Of a stretch of DNA of 32,000 nt, positions 23,797-32,000 are shown in pieces (position 1 is the first letter of the stretch; the number at the start of each line of letters is the position of its first letter). The translations under genes were made by a program, and so were the position numbers. This DNA is from Faecalibaculum rodentium. Its GTDB lineage: Bacteria > Bacillota_I > Bacilli_A > Erysipelotrichales > Erysipelotrichaceae. The notes below the pieces were generated by a model. It was given only the letters and a program-made list of their open reading frames with translations. It did no database searches and was not told where the DNA came from. The stretch covers positions 1,950,001 to 1,982,000 of the forward strand of contig NZ_CP011391.1 in NCBI RefSeq assembly GCF_001564455.1, written 5' to 3'.

Positions 23797-25104
23797 ATGA
23801 ATAATATCCTGGCCATGAAGCGGATCCGTCAGGCCATGACGGCACTGAGTTTCCTGCTGGTCCTGTACACCGCCGGCGTCATGCTGGCAGGATCGCTGCA
23901 CATTGTGGAATCCGGAGAATCCTCTTCCTTTCTGCAGTCCATCCCGCACGCTCCTTCCAGTCCCTGGATGGTGTTCTGGCTGAGTTTCATTCTCTGCAGT
24001 CTCCTGAGCTGGCTCATTCTCAATACCGTCCAGGGAAGCAAGTCCGGGATCCTGCTCTGTGCCGGCTTCAAGACACTGCTGGCTTGCATCATCATCTGGA
24101 ACGTGAACCTGAGCTGCCGTCCACTGCTTCTGCTGGTGTTCTCCGATGTCCTGTACACCATGCGGGGATTCCAGGCCCGGTACATGGTGGGCATCGGCAG
24201 TATCCTGACCGGACTGTACCTGCTGTTTTCCTACGAAGTGATCACCCCCATGATCCCCATGGTGAGCACCGGTGTCTACTTTTCGGTATTTGAACACAGC
24301 ACCTCGAGCCTGCTGGCTTTCGGGCAGTCGCTGCTGGAGTCCGCCACGCTGGTGCTGTTCATCGCCTTCATGTGCGAGTTTCTGATTGACCTGCACCAGG
24401 AGAAGGAGAACATCGCGCAGGAACTGAACATGATGAACCGCGTCAACGAAGATCTGCGGCATTATGCACAGATGACGGAACAGATTGCGGAAAGCCGGGA
24501 GCGCAAACGGCTGGCCAGGGAAATCCACGACACACTGGGACATGCCCTCACAGGGATTGCGGCGGGCATTGACGCCACCCTGGTGATCATGGACAAAAAC
24601 CCGGAAATGGCGAAATCCCAGCTGCATCTGGTGCGGCAGGTGGTCTCCGAGGGCATCGGCGATGTCCGCGCGAGTCTTCAGAAACTGCGGCCCGGAGCCC
24701 TGGAACAGCGTGGCCTGAAGGGGGCCCTGGAGAAAATGATCCGGGAGTTCGAGTCTGTCACGGCCATGACCATCGACCTGGACTATCAGGCGGATTCTCT
24801 GGACGTGGACAAGGCCAAGGAAGATGTGTGTTTCCGCCTGGTGCAGGAGTCCATCACCAATGCCCGGCGCCACGGGGCCGCCACCCATGCAGCTGTCCGT
24901 TTCGCGGTCGACGGTGACTGGCTGGTAATCACGGTCCGGGACAACGGCCGCGGACTTCCTCAGAAGACCATCACCTATGGGTATGGCCTGACGCAGATGG
25001 AAGAGAATGTCTCTTCTCTGCATGGAATGCTGCACTTTGACGGATCTGACGGCTTTCTGACAGAAGCGCGGATCCCGCTGACGAAAGGAGAATACCGAGA
25101 ATGA
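23797..25104 (+). CDS. Sensor histidine kinase, HisKA_3/NarL-partner class, ~6 TM with no obvious extracytoplasmic domain
   Basis: 435 aa. Membrane-embedded N-terminal half. H-box ERKRLAREIHDTLGHAL, N-box ESITNARRHG, G-box DNGRGL..GYGL. Confidence 0.9.
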   Translation: MNNILAMKRIRQAMTALSFLLVLYTAGVMLAGSLHIVESGESSSFLQSIPHAPSSPWMVFWLSFILCSLLSWLILNTVQGSKSGILLCAGFKTLLACIIIWNVNLSCRPLLLLVFSDVLYTMRGFQARYMVGIGSILTGLYLLFSYEVITPMIPMVSTGVYFSVFEHSTSSLLAFGQSLLESATLVLFIAFMCEFLIDLHQEKENIAQELNMMNRVNEDLRHYAQMTEQIAESRERKRLAREIHDTLGHALTGIAAGIDATLVIMDKNPEMAKSQLHLVRQVVSEGIGDVRASLQKLRPGALEQRGLKGALEKMIREFESVTAMTIDLDYQADSLDVDKAKEDVCFRLVQESITNARRHGAATHAAVRFAVDGDWLVITVRDNGRGLPQKTITYGYGLTQMEENVSSLHGMLHFDGSDGFLTEARIPLTKGEYRE

Positions 25105-25754
25105 ATGTGATCCTTGCAGACGACCAGGCCATGATCCGGGAGTCTCTGAAAATCGTGCTGGAATGCGAACCGGACATCCATGTCTGTGCCACAGCCCAGG
25201 ATGGAGCCCAGGCTCTGTCTCTCATTGGTCAGATGCCGGTGGATGTGGCGGTTCTGGATATCCGCATGCCCCGGATCGACGGGGTTCTGTGCACCCGGGA
25301 AATCAAAAAACGCTTTCCTCATGTGAAGGTGATCATTCTGACCACCTTTGACGATGATGACTTCGTGTATTCCGCCCTGCGGTACGGCGCCTCGGGCTAT
25401 CTTCTCAAGGGCCTCCCCAGTCAGGATCTGGTCAAGGCGATCAGAACCGTCCATCACGGCGGGGCCATGATCAACCCGGATGTGGCTCACAAAGTGGTGG
25501 ATATGTTTTCCCGGGTGCCGGAATCCACCGGCATTGAAGTGGAACCCGAAAAGGAAGCGTCCCTGTCAGAGACGGAGCGGGCGATTATCCGCGAGGTGGG
25601 AAAGGGCAAGTCCAATAAGGAGATTTCCGGTACGTTGTACCTCTCGGAGGGCACCATCCGGAACTACCTTTCGCAGATTCTTGCCAAGCTGGATCTTCGG
25701 GACCGGACCCAGCTGGCCATCTGGGCGGTGCAGTCGGCGATGTTCCGGCTATGA
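25101..25754 (+). CDS. NarL/LuxR-family response regulator
   Basis: 217 aa. Receiver (ILADDQ..VAVLDIRMP..) plus C-terminal LuxR-type HTH (LSETERAIIREVGKGKSNKEISGTLYLSEGTIRNYLSQILAKL). ATGA overlap with the kinase gene. Confidence 0.92.
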   Translation: MNVILADDQAMIRESLKIVLECEPDIHVCATAQDGAQALSLIGQMPVDVAVLDIRMPRIDGVLCTREIKKRFPHVKVIILTTFDDDDFVYSALRYGASGYLLKGLPSQDLVKAIRTVHHGGAMINPDVAHKVVDMFSRVPESTGIEVEPEKEASLSETERAIIREVGKGKSNKEISGTLYLSEGTIRNYLSQILAKLDLRDRTQLAIWAVQSAMFRL

Positions 25755-27049
25755 GAACCGGTCAGGTCAGAAGAAGTGTCCTGGGGCTGGCTGTAGCCGG
25801 ATTGTGTCTGTCCATGGTGATGAACCTCTGCGGCTGCACTCTGACAGGACGCCGTACCCTGCGGCTGGGAATCTATGCGGGCAGTCCCTGGCAGGTGCAT
25901 GAGTCTTCCGGCTATGAGTATATTGACGAAGCCATCGCGCGGTTTAAAGCGAACCATCCGATGGTGGATGTGGTGTATGAATCCGGGATCCGGATAAACG
26001 ACTACACCCAATGGCTCGATGATGCCGTGGTGATGGGAGAGGTTCCCGATGTCTTTGTCATGCCCGATGAAAAGTTCGGCGAATACGCCAGTCTGGGGGT
26101 ATTGAAAAACCTGGATCCCTACCTCCGGCAGGATGACAGCTGTTCGGAATCGGATTTCTTTCCCGCCGCTGTCCAGTCCGGAAAATATCAGTATTCGCAA
26201 TATGCCCTTCCTTATATGATGAATCCCCGTCTCATGTTCGTGAATGTCTCTTTGCTGAAGGAGGAAGGACTGAAGGTCCCGGAGGAATCCTGGACGCCGG
26301 AACAGTTCCTGGCTCTGTGCAGGCAGCTGACCAGGGATCTGAATCACGACGGCACCCCGGATCAGTACGGTGTGGTGGATTACGACTGGCTGGATCTGGC
26401 AGAAGCCAGCGGTCTGGACCTCTTCTCCGATGACGGCCACAACGTGGATCTCAGGGGCGATCAGGTGCGGAAAGTGACAGAAACCTATCGGCAGCTGACG
26501 GAGTTCATGGGCAGTCAGACAGAGCGGGAGGTGCTCATGGAGGCCGGGCGGGTGGCTTTTGCTCCAATGTCTTATGCGGAGTTCATCACCTACAATCCCT
26601 GGCCCTGGAAAGTGAAGAAGTATTCCGGGTTTGACTGGATCTGCATCAGTCTTCCCCAGGCAGCGGACCGGACCATCCGCTATGCCGGGAATAGTCTGGT
26701 CATGGGCATGAGCGCCGGGACCCGTGACGGAGAACTGGCCTGGGATCTCATGAAGGAATTCTGTGTGAATCAGACAACTCAGACAGGCATCCTGGAGCAT
26801 TCTCAGGGAATGTGTGTGCTGCAGACTGACAAGTCTTTGCTGGATGCATTTCTGGATGATTCCGGGCTGTCCGGCGATACGGTGCGGGCGATCATGAACC
26901 AGGAAGGGACCAGAGTGCGGTTCTCAAAATATGAATCTGCCAGAGAACAGCTGGCAGACCGGATGGAAAAAGCCGCGGCTGATCCGGAAGATCTGGACCT
27001 GCAGCTGGTGGAAATCGAGGAGACAATTCGTTCCTATCTGCGCAGCTGA
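25751..27049 (+). CDS. Extracellular solute-binding lipoprotein (ABC sugar-SBP family 1 fold) with no cognate permease genes
   Basis: 432 aa. Signal peptide with NLCGC lipobox. SBP_bac_1-like (..HPMVDVVYE..VPDVFVMPD..LPYMMNPRLMFVN..). ATGA overlap with the response-regulator gene. Confidence 0.85.
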   Translation: MRTGQVRRSVLGLAVAGLCLSMVMNLCGCTLTGRRTLRLGIYAGSPWQVHESSGYEYIDEAIARFKANHPMVDVVYESGIRINDYTQWLDDAVVMGEVPDVFVMPDEKFGEYASLGVLKNLDPYLRQDDSCSESDFFPAAVQSGKYQYSQYALPYMMNPRLMFVNVSLLKEEGLKVPEESWTPEQFLALCRQLTRDLNHDGTPDQYGVVDYDWLDLAEASGLDLFSDDGHNVDLRGDQVRKVTETYRQLTEFMGSQTEREVLMEAGRVAFAPMSYAEFITYNPWPWKVKKYSGFDWICISLPQAADRTIRYAGNSLVMGMSAGTRDGELAWDLMKEFCVNQTTQTGILEHSQGMCVLQTDKSLLDAFLDDSGLSGDTVRAIMNQEGTRVRFSKYESAREQLADRMEKAAADPEDLDLQLVEIEETIRSYLRS

Positions 27050-27094
27050 ATCCCTTTCCGACCACAGGCTGATCAGAACACCGAAAGAACAGAC

Positions 27095-27142
27095 AAAGAC
27101 CGCTTTCCTCTGCCGGCAGGCAGAACGGAAAGCGGTCTTTTT
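27095..27142. terminator. Terminator between the convergent sensor operon and the GH32 gene
   Basis: AAAGACCGCTTTCC (27095-27108) pairs with GGAAAGCGGTCTTT (27127-27140) and continues TTTTT. On the opposite strand it is followed by a T-rich stretch. Confidence 0.75.
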
Positions 27143-27295
27143 GTGGTATTGACGGATGAAGAATCAAAATGGGCAGTCCAGTGAGCTGTCAGCCCTTCCG
27201 GGGCTGCAGCTCCTGGTCTGCCAGAGTCCGGACACAGGCAAGGGAGAGGCAGTCTGTACCGGACACAGACTCATTACACAAATCTGTCAGTGATT

Positions 27296-30200
27296 TCAGC
27301 GGTTTTTCCGGCGTTTCGCACTCCGGATGCCCAGCATGGCTGCAAGGCTTGCACCGGCTGCGGTGAAGAATGCGGCAGCACCTGTCACAGCAGCTGTGGG
27401 TGTCTTGCCCGGTGTCTTTGTGCCTGCAGAAGTTCCGGGGTTGGCAGCAGCTTTGACCAGAGCCTTTTTCGCGGCTTCCAGCGCCTTGGCAGCTGCATCC
27501 ACTTTGGCCTGATCGGCTTTCTCGTCGGCAGCAACGGCTTTGGCATCCTTCAGGGCTGCTTCAAAGGCTTTCCAGCTGTCAGCGGTATAACCGGCTTTGT
27601 TCAGTTTTTCCGCCTCGGCAATGGCTTTGTTCAAGGCATCTTTGTTTACGGCTGTGGCAGCTGCAGCGGGTTTCAGGTTTTTCACGGCTTCATTCAGCGC
27701 TTTCACAGCTGCATCCACCGCTGTCTGATCCGCCTTGTCATCGGCTGCAGCTTCTTTGGCAGCTGCCAGGGCCGTTTCCAGTGCCTTCCAGCTGTCGGTT
27801 GTGTACTCTGCCTTGTTCAGCTTTCCGGCTTCGGCAATGACTTTGTTCAGTTCCGTTTTATCCGTCTGTGTCGGTGTTTCCATCTGACGCAGACCGGCTT
27901 TGGCGGTTTCCAGATCTGCCAGGGCTTTGTCTACCGCCGTCTGATCAGCCTTATCATCTGCAGCAACTGCCTGCGCAGATTTCAGAGCTGCGGCAAATGC
28001 ATCCCAGCTTTCCTGTGTATAAGGAGCAGGATCCACTTTGGAGGCATTTTCGATGGCTTTGTTCAGAGCGGTCTTGTCTGCTTCCTTCGGTTTCAGCGCC
28101 TTGACCGCTGCATTCAGATCAGCCAGGGCCTTATCCACTGCTGCCTGATCCGCATCCGGGTTTTCCAGCACGGCAATGGCAGCCTGCACGGCTTTGTCAA
28201 GTGCAGCCACAGACTCCTCGGTGTATCCGGTCTTGTCCATGTGATCGGCTTTGGCAGTTTCTTCCTTCAGGGCTTCCTTGTCAACGACAGCAGGCTGTTC
28301 AGGGGTTGTCACAATGAAGTTTTTGAAGGATGCCTTGCCATCCCACAGACCAAGACCTACATGAGCGGTATCGAAGTGAGAATCCACGTTGTCATAGGTG
28401 TGGGTCAGAACTTCTGTTCCATCCACAGATACTTTGACGGTCTTTCCTTCCTTGGCAATGGTGATGTGGTGGTAGGCATCATCGTTCAGCGGTGCAGCGA
28501 GCTGGACAGAGTCTTCATCCACTCCATCTTTCGCAAACCGGAACAAACGCAGATTTGCATTGTCTCTCAGCTGTACAGAATAAGCGCCATTATCAAAGGG
28601 GCTGCTGTTGGAGCCAAAGAAAATGTTGACCAGACCCCTGGCATATTTCACATCAGTATCAACCGTGTAGTCGCCGTCATAGGTTTCTTTGGACAGCCAG
28701 TAGGCATTCTGGCCATGGTTGTCGTTGATCAGCTCATCATTCTCAATGACCCAGTAGCCATCGGTGATGGTATCTTCAATGTTCGTGTTGAAGTTATCCA
28801 CCTTGACTGCAACCTGGAAGCTGATGGATTTGTCAGGATCGGACTTCATTGTGGCGGTAACGGTGGCTTCACCCGCCTTGATGCCTGTGATCTGCCCCTT
28901 GTCGCTGACAGTGACTATATCCTCGTTGTCGGAACTCCAGAGGATATCCTGGGGTGCAGTCACCGGCATCACATAGACATTCAGTTTCTTTGACTTCCCT
29001 GTATATAAAGTCTGGTTCAGGGTATCGGTAGACTGAATGGATGTTTCGGCGTCCGCCTTGTCGGTCCAGGTGGATGCCAGGTTGTAAATCTGGATGTCTG
29101 CCTGGCAGGGAGCACCTTCCACAACCACAGATGCTCCCTGGGATGTGGGCAGCGGGAAGATCTGGTTGGCACCTGCAACGGTGTAGTTGTTCGTGAAGAC
29201 TTCCACACTGGAGGCATCCACAAAGACATGCAGATCAATGGAACCATCCGCATTCCGGGCCGCTTTGGTGGTCTGTTTCAGATCGCCCAGTGTCTGAGAG
29301 TTGGTTTCAGAGAACTTGCCGGAAATCTGAATGCCAGACTTGGAGCGGTCCAGGGTAATGGCATCCTTTTCCAGGTCATACACCACAAGAGTTTCCTCAC
29401 CGTTGGAACCGGTGCGTACCTTGAAGCCCACTTTCTTTGTACCTTCTGCCGGCATAAACCGGGAAACGATTTCATAGCTCGTGCCCTGGAAATCCTTCAG
29501 CAGGTCGTTGTCCGGGCCCACTGTGGCGGCATAGGTGGTTCCTTCATCGCGAAGACCTGCATAGGCATCAATGGGGGTCTGAGTCAGACGGTAGACACCG
29601 TTGGCGTCTTTGATCAGACCGATCTTCAGATGCAGGTTGAAGGTTCCGTTGTATTTCTGGTTGACTGTGGAGGCTACCTGGTTGCAGTAGTCATCCCATG
29701 TATTCATCCAGTTCAGCTCCACGATTTCCGGAATGGTCGGATTTTCTTCGGTCCCGAAGCTGGAAACGTAATAAGTCATCGCCGCGTAGGAATCCCGGCC
29801 GAAGTTCATGACGCCGTCTTTGTCCTTGTAGTAGTCATCCGGCACGAAAGTCCATTTGCCGTTGACTTCCTTCAGATCGCCGACCTTGTAATACCGGCCA
29901 CCTCTGGACAGGATCCACTTCACCTGGCCGTCCACTTCCTGGGGATACAGATCCGGGCATTCCGTGTGCAGATTCGAATAGGTGCTTTCCACTTTCCAGT
30001 TGACCATATCCTCACTGGAGTAGATGCGCAGGGGTCCGCCAGCAACCACCATGAACCACTTGTTCTCCCACTGGAAGACCTTTGGGTCACGGAAGTCCAT
30101 GCTCTGCAGGGGATCATCCGACCAGTCGGCTGCAATCTTGTCCACTTTCTTCCAGGTGTTGCCTTCATCCTCGCTGATAGCCAGCTTGATGCGCTGTCCG

Positions 30201-32000
30201 TTGCCGTTGACGGTGATGTAGGCAATCAGGCCGCCTTTATCTGTCGAGAACAGCTTGGACGAGTTCGTTTCATCCACGGCAATGCAGCCCGAGAACATCG
30301 TGCCATTCATGTCGGGATAGAAGGTGACAGGCTGTTCTTCCCAGTGCACCAGATCCGTGCTCGTGGCGTGCATCCAGTGCATGGGTCCCCACTTGTCGTC
30401 ATCATAGAACTGATAGAACATGTGGTATTTGCCGTTATATTTCACCAGACCGTTGGGGTCGTTGGCCCAGCCTTCCTTGACGGAGTAGTGGTACTGGCCA
30501 CGGTAGGGTTCGTTGTAATACTGCGAGTCAGGTCCGAATTTGTGGATATCCAGACGATAGGTCCGGCTGGCCTGGCCATTGGTCACCGTCATGGTGATCC
30601 AGTTGATGCCTTCGGCTACCGGAATGTCGTCGCCTTCCTGATAGGTCCTGCCGTCCATTTCGAATGTAACGGAGGAACCATCTGCCTTGTCTGCTGTCAG
30701 ATAAACTGTCTTCGCATCATTTTTCACATACTGGATCCAGGTGGGAGATTCCGGGAAGAACTGCGCTTTCTTGTCCACGGTGCCATCATGAGAACCCACT
30801 GTCACGTCCGTGACTGCCGGTGTGGTCTTTTCATCCAGGTTTTCAAATTTCGTGTTCTGGAAGGTCACTTTGGAGTTCCAGTTCAGCAGGCCATAGTATC
30901 CTTCGGTCTTGACAGTACCCTGTCCCAGGTCACCGGGCTGCATGGTGTGGTCACCAATGTTGGCCACCAGGGTATCGTTTACCCAGTACTGCATATTGCC
31001 ATCAATGCATACCACCTTCAGATGATAGGTATCCGCCTGTTTCACTTCTTTTTCATCAATGAGCTGCAGAGCCTGATCTGCCTGCCAGCGCCAGAATTTG
31101 GCTTTATGACTGCCGGCATCCACATTCACGGCATAACCTTCTTTGCCGTCTTCCGTTTCACTGAAGCGGAACAGCAGACCGGCTGCGCCAGAGTTGGAAG
31201 CATAGGTCATGTCGGTTTCGTAAATGAAGTTTTTGCCATTGACACCGGAAATCAGGAAAGTGTCACCCTTGTTGGTGGCATCAGAAACCAGTCCTTCATC
31301 AGTGGTGGTCCAGGTGCCCCCTTTGATGGTGGATTCTTCCAGGTTGGTATCCCATTTGCTGTCATCTGTGATTTCGAGCTTTTCATCCGGTACCGACACA
31401 GTCCGATCCAGGAACTGGATATTGGAGAACGCGGCTTTGGCGCGGAAGGTAAGCAGACCGACATAGCCCCCCTGCCAGGCCGGGATGGTACCCGAGACAC
31501 TGTGCATGGTTTCACCCACATTGCCGAATTCATAGGTGAATGAACCATCGGACTTTACATCAATGGCAAGATGAATGGGTTTTTCGGGATCCACATCGCT
31601 GGTGTTTCCGCCTCCCAGAATGTCCTGTCCGGCGCCGAATACCCGGAAATAGTCGCTGTTGTTTCTGCGGCGGGTATCCATGTTGGCGGCATACCATTTG
31701 GATCCTGGAGTTTTGCGGCTGGCGGCACCGAATACCAGCGCTGCGGACATATCCGGTTCCCCATCCTGTCCTTCCAGCAGTTTGACATCGGCTTCGTAAT
31801 GGAAGTCATTGGCTGCAGTTTTCTGAGATTCCAGCATGGCAAAGTGATCTCCCAGAGCGTCCAGCACCAGGGTACCATCCACAACTTCTGCATTGGCCCC
31901 TCCAACATTATTAAAGTTTTCCGGAGCCTGTTCCTGTGCGGTTCTCTTTTCCAGGGCTTCCATGGCTGTCTGCAGGGCCGCCAAGGCTTCATCCACGGCT
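27296..32000 (-). CDS. Giant cell-surface glycoside hydrolase family 32 (beta-fructofuranosidase / fructan hydrolase), 5'-partial
   Basis: More than 1566 aa, open to the window edge. The first codon in the ORF track is an in-frame GTG, and the sequence AVDEALAALQTAMEALEK looks like the end of a further FIVAR unit.

Domains:
- Two LamG/ConA-like modules (aa ~30-385).
- Cadherin-like beta-sandwich (aa ~390-485).
- GH32 domain with WANDPNG, FRDP and TEC motifs.
- Big_2 domain (aa ~1015-1065).
- Third LamG-like module.
- Four FIVAR repeats.
- TM segment plus basic tail. Confidence 0.92.
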   Translation of the reverse strand, partial: AVDEALAALQTAMEALEKRTAQEQAPENFNNVGGANAEVVDGTLVLDALGDHFAMLESQKTAANDFHYEADVKLLEGQDGEPDMSAALVFGAASRKTPGSKWYAANMDTRRRNNSDYFRVFGAGQDILGGGNTSDVDPEKPIHLAIDVKSDGSFTYEFGNVGETMHSVSGTIPAWQGGYVGLLTFRAKAAFSNIQFLDRTVSVPDEKLEITDDSKWDTNLEESTIKGGTWTTTDEGLVSDATNKGDTFLISGVNGKNFIYETDMTYASNSGAAGLLFRFSETEDGKEGYAVNVDAGSHKAKFWRWQADQALQLIDEKEVKQADTYHLKVVCIDGNMQYWVNDTLVANIGDHTMQPGDLGQGTVKTEGYYGLLNWNSKVTFQNTKFENLDEKTTPAVTDVTVGSHDGTVDKKAQFFPESPTWIQYVKNDAKTVYLTADKADGSSVTFEMDGRTYQEGDDIPVAEGINWITMTVTNGQASRTYRLDIHKFGPDSQYYNEPYRGQYHYSVKEGWANDPNGLVKYNGKYHMFYQFYDDDKWGPMHWMHATSTDLVHWEEQPVTFYPDMNGTMFSGCIAVDETNSSKLFSTDKGGLIAYITVNGNGQRIKLAISEDEGNTWKKVDKIAADWSDDPLQSMDFRDPKVFQWENKWFMVVAGGPLRIYSSEDMVNWKVESTYSNLHTECPDLYPQEVDGQVKWILSRGGRYYKVGDLKEVNGKWTFVPDDYYKDKDGVMNFGRDSYAAMTYYVSSFGTEENPTIPEIVELNWMNTWDDYCNQVASTVNQKYNGTFNLHLKIGLIKDANGVYRLTQTPIDAYAGLRDEGTTYAATVGPDNDLLKDFQGTSYEIVSRFMPAEGTKKVGFKVRTGSNGEETLVVYDLEKDAITLDRSKSGIQISGKFSETNSQTLGDLKQTTKAARNADGSIDLHVFVDASSVEVFTNNYTVAGANQIFPLPTSQGASVVVEGAPCQADIQIYNLASTWTDKADAETSIQSTDTLNQTLYTGKSKKLNVYVMPVTAPQDILWSSDNEDIVTVSDKGQITGIKAGEATVTATMKSDPDKSISFQVAVKVDNFNTNIEDTITDGYWVIENDELINDNHGQNAYWLSKETYDGDYTVDTDVKYARGLVNIFFGSNSSPFDNGAYSVQLRDNANLRLFRFAKDGVDEDSVQLAAPLNDDAYHHITIAKEGKTVKVSVDGTEVLTHTYDNVDSHFDTAHVGLGLWDGKASFKNFIVTTPEQPAVVDKEALKEETAKADHMDKTGYTEESVAALDKAVQAAIAVLENPDADQAAVDKALADLNAAVKALKPKEADKTALNKAIENASKVDPAPYTQESWDAFAAALKSAQAVAADDKADQTAVDKALADLETAKAGLRQMETPTQTDKTELNKVIAEAGKLNKAEYTTDSWKALETALAAAKEAAADDKADQTAVDAAVKALNEAVKNLKPAAAATAVNKDALNKAIAEAEKLNKAGYTADSWKAFEAALKDAKAVAADEKADQAKVDAAAKALEAAKKALVKAAANPGTSAGTKTPGKTPTAAVTGAAAFFTAAGASLAAMLGIRSAKRRKNR
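27452..28288 (-). repeat. Four tandem FIVAR-type helical repeats (about 70 aa / 210 bp each) in the GH32 C-terminal stalk
   Basis: Repeating DK(T/E)ALNKAI..A..(L/V)..(A/P)xYT..SW.A(F/L)..AL..A.AVAAD.KADQ..VD.A...L..A...L pattern four times. The period is recognisable at the DNA level. Confidence 0.8.
29072..30514 (-). other. GH32 catalytic beta-propeller plus C-terminal beta-sandwich region of the large surface protein
   Basis: Nucleophile motif WANDPNG verified at 30469..30449 (TGGGCCAACGACCCCAACGGT). RDP motif FRDPKV (aa 635-640). Acid/base EC motif HTECPD (aa 677-682). Confidence 0.9.

Noticed and set aside
23509-25035. 508-aa minus-strand ORF opposite the HisKA_3 kinase. Similar shadows occur at 22743-23336, 25664-26800, 27290-28993, 29228-31543, 20050-21003, 21722-22540, 12312-13484, 16405-17451 and 19187-19825.
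   Set aside because: All are antisense to genes with strong family signatures, lack RBSs, and have low-complexity translations. They are treated as GC-driven shadow ORFs.
1-32000. Scan for CRISPR arrays, tRNA/rRNA genes, prophage or defence-island hallmarks
   Set aside because: I saw no regularly spaced short direct repeats, no tRNA-like cloverleaf signatures (GTTCGAATC-type T-arms) in the intergenic regions, and no rRNA-like sequence. There are no recognisable nuclease, methylase or phage structural motifs. The only mobile element seen is the IS.

Overview
The window reads as chromosomal DNA from a high-GC, Gram-positive-style anaerobe. The lineage guess (Clostridia, possibly Oscillospiraceae-like) is inference from SD-type RBSs, T-box control, gene content and codon bias. 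Coding density is high, and GC-rich codon usage produces many long antisense shadow ORFs, which I rejected. I call 23 protein genes and one weak small ORF.

Gene order:
- (1) A T-box-controlled ABC uptake operon of the COG2984/COG4120/COG1101 type on the minus strand. The candidate specifier is UGG (Trp).
- (2) An SGNH hydrolase, an all-MORN-repeat protein, cysK and a lipoprotein.
- (3) A GntR/HutC regulator transcribed divergently from a 715-aa fusion of acyl-CoA dehydrogenase, the ETF-alpha FAD domain and three rubredoxins.
- (4) An IS1182-family insertion sequence (about 1.9 kb, visibly more AT-rich) sitting about 10-20 bp downstream of the prfB stop.
- (5) The housekeeping block secA-prfB, then mutY-luxS-ydjC and manA.
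- (6) A LytTR response regulator operon whose kinase function appears divided between two translationally coupled membrane proteins.
- (7) A four-gene sensing operon (membrane-anchored PBP1 sugar-binding protein, HisKA_3 kinase, NarL-type regulator, lipoprotein SBP). It is convergent with a giant multi-domain surface GH32 fructanase of more than 1566 aa, truncated at the window edge.

I saw no rRNA, tRNA or CRISPR array.

The strongest candidates for something new are the ACAD-ETF-rubredoxin redox fusion, the complementary split AgrC-like kinase pair, and the LevQRST-like four-component sensor next to the fructanase. All functional calls come from motif recognition by eye. No database search was run.
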